A stretch of 64,000 nt of DNA from assembly GCA_017627765.1 (NCBI GenBank), contig JAGAGD010000095.1:252-64251 (forward strand), given 5' to 3'. The first letter of the stretch is position 1, and each line of letters starts with the position of its first letter. This document shows, one piece after another, positions 57,664 through 64,000 of the stretch. The DNA is from Prevotella sp. Lineage in GTDB: Bacteria; Bacteroidota; Bacteroidia; Bacteroidales; Bacteroidaceae. The translations under genes were made by a program, and so were the position numbers. Under the pieces are notes generated by a model. The model was not told the DNA's origin. It saw nothing but the letters and a program-made list of their open reading frames with translations, and did not search any database.

Positions 57664-59907
57664 ATGGTAGAACTTATCAACCAAGGAGTCTATCTCCTTA
57701 ACGGAACTCATGTCGTTAAAGGCGACAGTGGAATGCCTTCACCTGACGAGGCTCGCGAAAACACTATCACTTACCAGATTCTCCGCGCTCATGATGTTGA
57801 CGGAAGCAAAGGCAAGAAAATGCGTATTCGCTTCGATGCAATGATGTCACACGACATTACTTACGTCGGAATAATCCAGACAGCGCGTGCCAGCGGTTTG
57901 AAGAAATTCCCTATTCCTTACGCCATGACCAACTGCCACAACTCCCTTTGCGCTGTTGGCGGTACCATCAACGAAGATGACCATGTTTTCGGTCTGTCTG
58001 CTGCTAAGAAATATGGCGGTATCTACGTTCCTGCAAACCAGGCTGTCATCCACCAGTATGCACGCGAGGCTATGGTTAAGTGCGGCAACATGATTCTCGG
58101 TTCTGACAGCCACACACGCTACGGCTCACTCGGAAACATGGGTGTTGGCGAAGGTGGTGGAGAACTTGTCAAGCAACTTCTCGAAAACACCTGGGACATC
58201 AATGCTCCCGAAGTAGTGCTGGTATGGCTCGAAGGCGAACCTCGCAAGGGTGTTGGTCCTCACGACGTTGCCATTTCAATGGTTAAGGCTGTGTTCGACA
58301 ATGGTTTTGTAAAGAACAAGGTGCTTGAGTTTGCAGGCCCTGGCGTTAAGCATTTGCCTATAGACTTCCGTAACGGTATCGACATCATGACAACTGAGAC
58401 CACCTGCCTCAGCTCTATCTGGATTACCGACGACGAAGTGAAACACCACTACGAAATCCACAACCGCCCTCAAGACTATAAGGAACTGCGCCCTGGAAAA
58501 GTTGCTTACTACGACAGCATGATTACAATCAACCTGTCACAGCAGGAGTCAATGATTGCTCTTCCTTTCCATCCATCTAACGCATTCACTATTCATGAAC
58601 TGCAAAAGAATCCTGAGGAAATCCTGCGCAAGGTTGAAGAAGATGCAAAGAAACGCTTTGGCGACAAGATTAGCGTTGACTTGGTAAGCAAGGTGAAAGA
58701 CGGAAAGGTTATGGCAGATCAGGGCATCATTGCTGGCTGCTCTGGCGGTACATACGACAACCTGAGTGCTGCGGCTGCTATTCTTCGCGGTCAGTCTGTC
58801 GGCAACGACTATTTCACCATCTCGGCTTATCCACAGTCTGTGCCTGTCTACATGGCAACAACTCGCAACGGCATAGCAGAAGAACTGCTTGAGGCTGGCG
58901 TTGTCATCAAGCCTGCTTTCTGCGGTCCTTGCTTTGGTGCTGGTGATGTTCCTGCCAACAACGGCTTGAGCATTCGTCACACCACTCGTAACTTCCCTAA
59001 CCGCGAGGGTTCAAAACCAGGTCAGGGACAGATTTCTCTCGTTGCCCTAATGGATGCTCGCTCTATCGCTGCCACAGCGGCCAACGGAGGTGTAATCACA
59101 GCTGCAACTGATGTGGAATATAACGACGACCACAAACGCTACGACTTCGACGGCAAGATATACGAGCGCCGTGTCTACAACGGATATAACAAGGCTGACG
59201 ATTCTGTTGCTCTGAAATATGGTCCAAACATCAAGGACTGGCCAAAGATGTATCCAATGCAAGAGAACATGTTGCTGGAGTTGGCAGCAGTAATCCACGA
59301 CCCTGTAACAACCACCGACGAGCTGATTCCTTCAGGCGAGACATCAAGTTATCGTTCTAACCCATTGAAACTTTCTGAGTTTGCCCTCTCTCGCCGTGTT
59401 CCTGAATATGTAGGCCTGAGCAAGCGCATACAGCAGCAAGACCTTGAGCGCCGCGACGGCAAATGCCCACAGCACATCACCGATGCTCTTGCACAAGTAG
59501 GTGCTAAGGCTGAAGATACTTCTTTCGGCTCTTGCGTATTTGCTAACCGTCCTGGCGACGGATCTGCCCGCGAGCAGGCTGCTTCTTGTCAGAAAGTGTT
59601 GGGTGGCGATGCTAACATCTGCTACGAATATGCCACAAAGCGTTATCGCTCTAACTGCATCAACTGGGGCATTGTTCCTTTCACAATTGCAAAGGAAACT
59701 CCATTCGACTACGAACCAGGCGACTTCGTATTTGTTCCAGGCATTCGCGATGCTATTCTTGCAGGCAAAGAGGAGATTGATGCTAAAGTCATAACTAAGT
59801 CTGGCGTGAAGGACATTCACCTCTTCTTCCAGAATCTTACACAAGATGAGCGCACAATCCTTGCTGAGGGCTGTCTGATGAACTATTATGCAGCTCAGAG
59901 GAAATAA
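57664..59907 (+). CDS. Aconitase-family hydratase (YbhJ-type)
   Basis: SHDITYVGI, TNCHNSLCAVGGTINEDDH, GSDSHTRYG, IAGCSGG, FCGPCFG, TTRNFPNREG and GDGSAREQAA. Confidence 0.88.
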   Translation: MVELINQGVYLLNGTHVVKGDSGMPSPDEARENTITYQILRAHDVDGSKGKKMRIRFDAMMSHDITYVGIIQTARASGLKKFPIPYAMTNCHNSLCAVGGTINEDDHVFGLSAAKKYGGIYVPANQAVIHQYAREAMVKCGNMILGSDSHTRYGSLGNMGVGEGGGELVKQLLENTWDINAPEVVLVWLEGEPRKGVGPHDVAISMVKAVFDNGFVKNKVLEFAGPGVKHLPIDFRNGIDIMTTETTCLSSIWITDDEVKHHYEIHNRPQDYKELRPGKVAYYDSMITINLSQQESMIALPFHPSNAFTIHELQKNPEEILRKVEEDAKKRFGDKISVDLVSKVKDGKVMADQGIIAGCSGGTYDNLSAAAAILRGQSVGNDYFTISAYPQSVPVYMATTRNGIAEELLEAGVVIKPAFCGPCFGAGDVPANNGLSIRHTTRNFPNREGSKPGQGQISLVALMDARSIAATAANGGVITAATDVEYNDDHKRYDFDGKIYERRVYNGYNKADDSVALKYGPNIKDWPKMYPMQENMLLELAAVIHDPVTTTDELIPSGETSSYRSNPLKLSEFALSRRVPEYVGLSKRIQQQDLERRDGKCPQHITDALAQVGAKAEDTSFGSCVFANRPGDGSAREQAASCQKVLGGDANICYEYATKRYRSNCINWGIVPFTIAKETPFDYEPGDFVFVPGIRDAILAGKEEIDAKVITKSGVKDIHLFFQNLTQDERTILAEGCLMNYYAAQRK

Positions 59908-60144
59908 ATCTTTTTAAGGTTATCAGGTCTTGAGGCTACAAAGTGAGGTATCATTACTATAGCTATAAACTTGAAAACCTAAGAACTTAAAGTAACAAAT
60001 AAAAATGATAAGGAGGAGAAACGAGAGAGAAAAGTGGCGATGACGGGGAGTGAGGATAGATGATTATCTTTCTCCTCTGTCATCCCTACAACTCGGCAAA
60101 ACTCCAAAAAGACTCATTAACCCAATAAAATTAACAAAAAAACA

Positions 60145-61359
60145 ATGAACACACAGAAAATTCAAATGACCACTCCATTGGTAGAGATGGATGGCGACGA
60201 GATGACCAGAATTCTTTGGAAGATGATTAAGGACGAACTTATCATTCCTTTCGTTGACCTGAAGACTGAGTACTATGACTTAGGTCTTGTTAAGCGCGAC
60301 GAGACAAGAGACCAAATCACAGTTGACGCAGCAGAGGCTACAAAGAAGTATGGCGTTGCAGTAAAGTGTGCAACAATTACTCCTAACCATCAGCGCATGG
60401 ACGAATACAAACTCCACGAAATGTGGAAGAGTCCTAACGGAACTATTCGTTCTATACTCGATGGTACTGTTTTCCGCACTCCTATCACAATACCAAGCAT
60501 CAAGCCTGCTGTGAAAAACTGGGAGAAGCCTATCACTATTGCTCGTCATGCTTATGGCGATGTCTACAAGAGCGTAGAGATTAGAGTAACAGAACCTGGC
60601 GTTGCTAAGATGGTTTTCGAGGGCGAAAGCGGCAAGCGTGAGGAAGTTGTAATCCACAATTTCAAGGGCGAGGGCGTTCTTCAGGGCATGCACAACACCG
60701 ACAAGTCTATCCGCTCATTTGCTCACAGCTGCTTCAAGTTTGCAATCGACACTCATCAGGATGTATGGTTCTCTACTAAAGACACTATCTCTAAGAAGTA
60801 TGACGCTCAGTTCAAGATAATCTTCGAAGAAGTGTTCCAAGAGTATAAGGAAGAGTTCGAGAAGCAAGGTCTTGAATATTTCTATACACTCATCGACGAT
60901 GCCGTTGCACGCGTAATACGCTCTAAGGGTGGATATATCTGGGCTTGCAAGAACTACGACGGCGACGTAATGAGCGACATGGTTTCTACTGCTTTCGGCT
61001 CACTTGCCATGATGACAAGCGTTCTTGTCAGTCCTGATGGAAACTATGAGTATGAGGCGGCTCATGGAACTGTTACACGCCACTACTACAAATACCTGAA
61101 AGGCGAGGAAACATCTACAAACCCAATGGCTACAATCTTTGCCTGGACTGGCGCACTGCGCAAGCGTGGCGAGATGGACGGCATAGAGGCTCTCCAGAAC
61201 TTCGCCAACCAGCTTGAGGCTGCTTGCTTCGACACTCTCAACGAGGGTATCGTAACCAAAGACCTTGTCAACCTGATGGAGGGAATCACTCCTAAGGCTG
61301 TCAACTCAGCGGGCTTCATAGCTGCCATTCGTGAACGCCTCGAAAAGCGTTTAGCATAA
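60145..61359 (+). CDS. icd: NADP-dependent isocitrate dehydrogenase (type II)
   Basis: MDGDEMTR, KCATITP, WKSPNGTIR, NYDGDVMSD and EAAHGTVTRH. Confidence 0.96.
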   Translation: MNTQKIQMTTPLVEMDGDEMTRILWKMIKDELIIPFVDLKTEYYDLGLVKRDETRDQITVDAAEATKKYGVAVKCATITPNHQRMDEYKLHEMWKSPNGTIRSILDGTVFRTPITIPSIKPAVKNWEKPITIARHAYGDVYKSVEIRVTEPGVAKMVFEGESGKREEVVIHNFKGEGVLQGMHNTDKSIRSFAHSCFKFAIDTHQDVWFSTKDTISKKYDAQFKIIFEEVFQEYKEEFEKQGLEYFYTLIDDAVARVIRSKGGYIWACKNYDGDVMSDMVSTAFGSLAMMTSVLVSPDGNYEYEAAHGTVTRHYYKYLKGEETSTNPMATIFAWTGALRKRGEMDGIEALQNFANQLEAACFDTLNEGIVTKDLVNLMEGITPKAVNSAGFIAAIRERLEKRLA

Positions 61360-61376
61360 TCTGAAACATTGATTTG

Positions 61377-61410
61377 GGAGTTTTGGCGAATCTTTTTTCG
61401 TCAAAACTCC
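61377..61410 (+). terminator. Stem-loop after icd
   Basis: GGAGTTTTGGCGAA...TTCGTCAAAACTCC with a weak U-tract. A new TACTTTTG promoter box follows at 61442-49. Confidence 0.6.
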
Positions 61411-61632
61411 TTCATAAATCTCTTCATTGGAGATAATTTTGTACTTTTGCATGTTCGTTATTCAATTCACGAGGTTTCTGAAGTGATATGCTTCTGAGTT
61501 TTCAGACATTCGGGCATCTCTGCCTATCGGTTTTGGCGGAAATAAACTTCCAGAGCCTTACGACCTGAAAAACTCAAAAAACCTCATAAACAGAAAATAA
61601 TGTGACATAAAAAGACATAAACATACAAACAA

Positions 61633-64000
61633 ATGAACAAGATTATCAAGAAACAAAAATTCTCTGAGAAGGTCTACCTTTTCGAGATTGAAGCCCCTCT
61701 CATTGCGAAGAGCCGCAAGGCTGGAAACTTCGTCATCGTGAGAGTGGGAGAAAAAGGAGAGCGCATGCCTCTTACCATTGCCGATGCCGATATCGAGCGT
61801 GGAACTATTACTATCGTGGTGCAGACGGTGGGAATGTCGTCTACCAAGCTGTGCCAACTCAATGAAGGCGACTACATCACCGACGTTGTAGGTCCTCTGG
61901 GCAATGCAACCCACATCGAGAACTTCGGTACGGTGCTCTGTGCCGGCGGTGGCGTAGGTGTAGCCCCAATGCTGCCTATCATCAAGGCTTTGAAACAGGC
62001 AGGCAACCGTGTACTCTCTGTCTTGGCTGGTCGTTCTAAGGACCTCATCATACTCGAAGACGAAGTGCGCAAGTATAGCGACCGCGTCATCATCATGACC
62101 GACGACGGCTCTTACGGAGAGAAAGGTGTAGTAACCGTAGGTATGGAGAAACTCATTAACGAGGAACATGTAGACAAGGCTTTTGCAATCGGTCCTCCTA
62201 TCATGATGAAATTTTGCTGCCTGCTCACTCAGAAATATAACATCCCTACTGATGTGTCGCTCAACACCATCATGGTTGACGGTACTGGAATGTGCGGTGC
62301 TTGCCGTCTTACCATTGGCGGAAAGACTAAGTTTGTCTGCATCGACGGTCCTGAGTTCGACGGAGCTCTTGTTGACTGGGACGAGATGTTCAAGCGCATG
62401 GGTACGTTCCGCGAGGTTGAACAGGAAGACATGCACCGCTACGAAGAGGCTATGAAAGGCGGAGCAGAGACTGGCAAGGCAAACAGTTGCGAATGCTCTT
62501 GCGAAAAGAAAGAGGAGAAATGCTCTTGCGAGGCAGACAGCGACGAGGCTTTCGACAACGACATTGCTTCGCTTACCGACCGCAACGCTGAATGGCGCAA
62601 CGAGCTTCGCAAGTCTATGAAGCCTAAAGAGCGCACTCAGATTGAGCGTGTCGTTATGCCAGAGCTCGACCCTCAGTATCGTGCAACTACCCGACTTGAG
62701 GAGGTTAACATCGGTCTGACTAAGGAAATGGCTATGCGCGAGGCTAAGCGCTGTCTCGACTGTGCTAAGCCAACCTGCGTAGAGGGATGTCCTGTCAACA
62801 TCAATATTCCTTCTTTCGTAAAGAATATTGAGCGCGGAAACATCTTAGGCGCAGCTAAAGTATTGAAGCAGACTTCTGCACTGCCTGCTGTCTGCGGCCG
62901 TGTGTGTCCACAGGAGAAGCAGTGTGAGAGCCGATGCATACATCTGAAGATGAACGAGCCAGCCGTTGCCATTGGCAATCTGGAGCGCTTCGCTGCCGAC
63001 TATGAGCGCGAGAGCGGAAAAATGTCGCTGCCCGACGTTGCTCCTTCTAACGGAATGAAGGTTGCCGTTGTAGGTTCTGGTCCAAGCGGACTTAGCTTTG
63101 CAGGCGACATGGTTAAGCTGGGCTACGAGGTTCATGTCTTCGAGGCTCTGCACGAAATAGGCGGTGTGCTGAAATATGGTATTCCTGAGTTCCGTCTGCC
63201 TAACCGCATTGTTGATGTAGAAATAGAGAACCTCCGCAAGATGGGCGTTCACTTCTATACCGACTGCATCGTGGGCAAGACCATCAGCGTAAGCGAACTG
63301 GAGGAACAGGGATTCAAAGGCATCTTCGTTGGTTCGGGTGCTGGTCTGCCTAACTTCATGGATATACCTGGCGAGAATGCTCTCAACATCATGTCGTCTA
63401 ACGAATATCTCACTCGTGTCAACCTGATGGATGCTGCCAACCCTGCTGCCGACACTCCTATCAACAAGGCAAAGAACGTGCTTGTTGTAGGTGGAGGTAA
63501 CACTGCAATGGACTCTTGCCGCACGGCTAAGCGTCTTGGTGCTGACGTTACAATAGTCTATCGCCGTTCTGAGGCTGAGATGCCTGCGCGACTCGAAGAG
63601 GTTAAGCACGCTAAGGAGGAGGGCATCAACTTCATGACTCTCCACAACCCTATAGAGTATATTGCCGACGAGAAGGGTGCCGTTAAGCAGGCTGTTCTTC
63701 AGGTGATGAAGCTTGGAGAGCCTGACGAGAGCGGACGTCGTCGTCCAGAGCCTATACCTGGCGAGACCGTAACTATTGATGTAGACCAGGTAATCGTGGC
63801 AGTTGGTGTATCTCCTAACCCTCTTGTTCCTAAATCAATCGAAGGTTTGGAACTGGGCAGAAAGAATACCATCGCTGTCAACGACGAGATGCAGAGCTCA
63901 CGCGAAGGACTCTTTGCTGGTGGCGACATTGTTCGTGGCGGTGCTACGGTCATCCTTGCTATGGGTGACGGTCGTCGTGCTGCTGCCAATATGCACAAAA
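61633..64000 (+). CDS. nfnAB: Fused NfnA-NfnB (PyrK-like + GltD-like) NADH-dependent reduced ferredoxin:NADP+ oxidoreductase, 3' truncated by the window edge
   Basis: Absent from the ORF track because it has no stop inside the window. ATG at 61633 (MNKIIKKQKFSEKV), then GERMPLTI, GGGVGVAP, MVDGTGMCGACR, RCLDC..P.C..GCP, CGRVCPQEKQC, GSGPSG, GGGNTAMD and GGDIVRGGATVILAMGDG, spot-checked in frame. Confidence 0.88.
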   Translation, partial: MNKIIKKQKFSEKVYLFEIEAPLIAKSRKAGNFVIVRVGEKGERMPLTIADADIERGTITIVVQTVGMSSTKLCQLNEGDYITDVVGPLGNATHIENFGTVLCAGGGVGVAPMLPIIKALKQAGNRVLSVLAGRSKDLIILEDEVRKYSDRVIIMTDDGSYGEKGVVTVGMEKLINEEHVDKAFAIGPPIMMKFCCLLTQKYNIPTDVSLNTIMVDGTGMCGACRLTIGGKTKFVCIDGPEFDGALVDWDEMFKRMGTFREVEQEDMHRYEEAMKGGAETGKANSCECSCEKKEEKCSCEADSDEAFDNDIASLTDRNAEWRNELRKSMKPKERTQIERVVMPELDPQYRATTRLEEVNIGLTKEMAMREAKRCLDCAKPTCVEGCPVNINIPSFVKNIERGNILGAAKVLKQTSALPAVCGRVCPQEKQCESRCIHLKMNEPAVAIGNLERFAADYERESGKMSLPDVAPSNGMKVAVVGSGPSGLSFAGDMVKLGYEVHVFEALHEIGGVLKYGIPEFRLPNRIVDVEIENLRKMGVHFYTDCIVGKTISVSELEEQGFKGIFVGSGAGLPNFMDIPGENALNIMSSNEYLTRVNLMDAANPAADTPINKAKNVLVVGGGNTAMDSCRTAKRLGADVTIVYRRSEAEMPARLEEVKHAKEEGINFMTLHNPIEYIADEKGAVKQAVLQVMKLGEPDESGRRRPEPIPGETVTIDVDQVIVAVGVSPNPLVPKSIEGLELGRKNTIAVNDEMQSSREGLFAGGDIVRGGATVILAMGDGRRAAANMHK

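Noticed and set aside
61558-63998. Several minus-strand ORFs (292 aa, 266 aa, etc.) that appear to be the only genes here
   Set aside because: They are antisense to the uncalled + strand nfnAB ORF starting at 61633.

Overview
A 64-kb chromosomal window from a Bacteroidales genome, Prevotella-like judging by TAnnTTTG promoters, TonB receptors and Bacteroidetes-type cbi fusions. It is dominated by cobalamin-related metabolism. From left to right: (1) a cobalamin-riboswitch-led minus-strand operon of TBDR, CbiK-like lipoprotein, membrane-anchored CobN-like chelatase, three membrane proteins (incl. ExbB-like and DUF2149) and a second TBDR, resembling hmuYRSTUV; (2) a YtrA/GntR ABC module and an M16 peptidase; (3) a BtuFC-like pair and an anaerobic corrin-synthesis operon (split cbiA, cbiP, cbiB, cbiHC, cbiET, cbiGF, cbiJD), bracketed by two copies of a ~450-bp palindrome-array element whose cores are inverted; (4) pepP, pepC, a GH33 sialidase, recJ, recQ, dinB and an ECF sigma module; (5) a B12-dependent methylaspartate cluster (glmS-glmL-glmE-mal-AtuA-like-DUF4387) divergent from a class I fumarase; (6) a second cobalamin riboswitch preceding citD-citE-citF-citX-citC/G, a YbhJ-type aconitase and icd, followed by a fused nfnAB-like gene that runs off the window. 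The leading hypothesis (inference) is that block 6 is a B12-controlled, B12-independent bypass of glutamate mutase. Glutamate <-> 2-oxoglutarate <-> isocitrate <-> citrate <-> acetate + oxaloacetate (-> pyruvate) has the same net stoichiometry as the adjacent methylaspartate route. All family calls come from motif recognition; no database searches were run.
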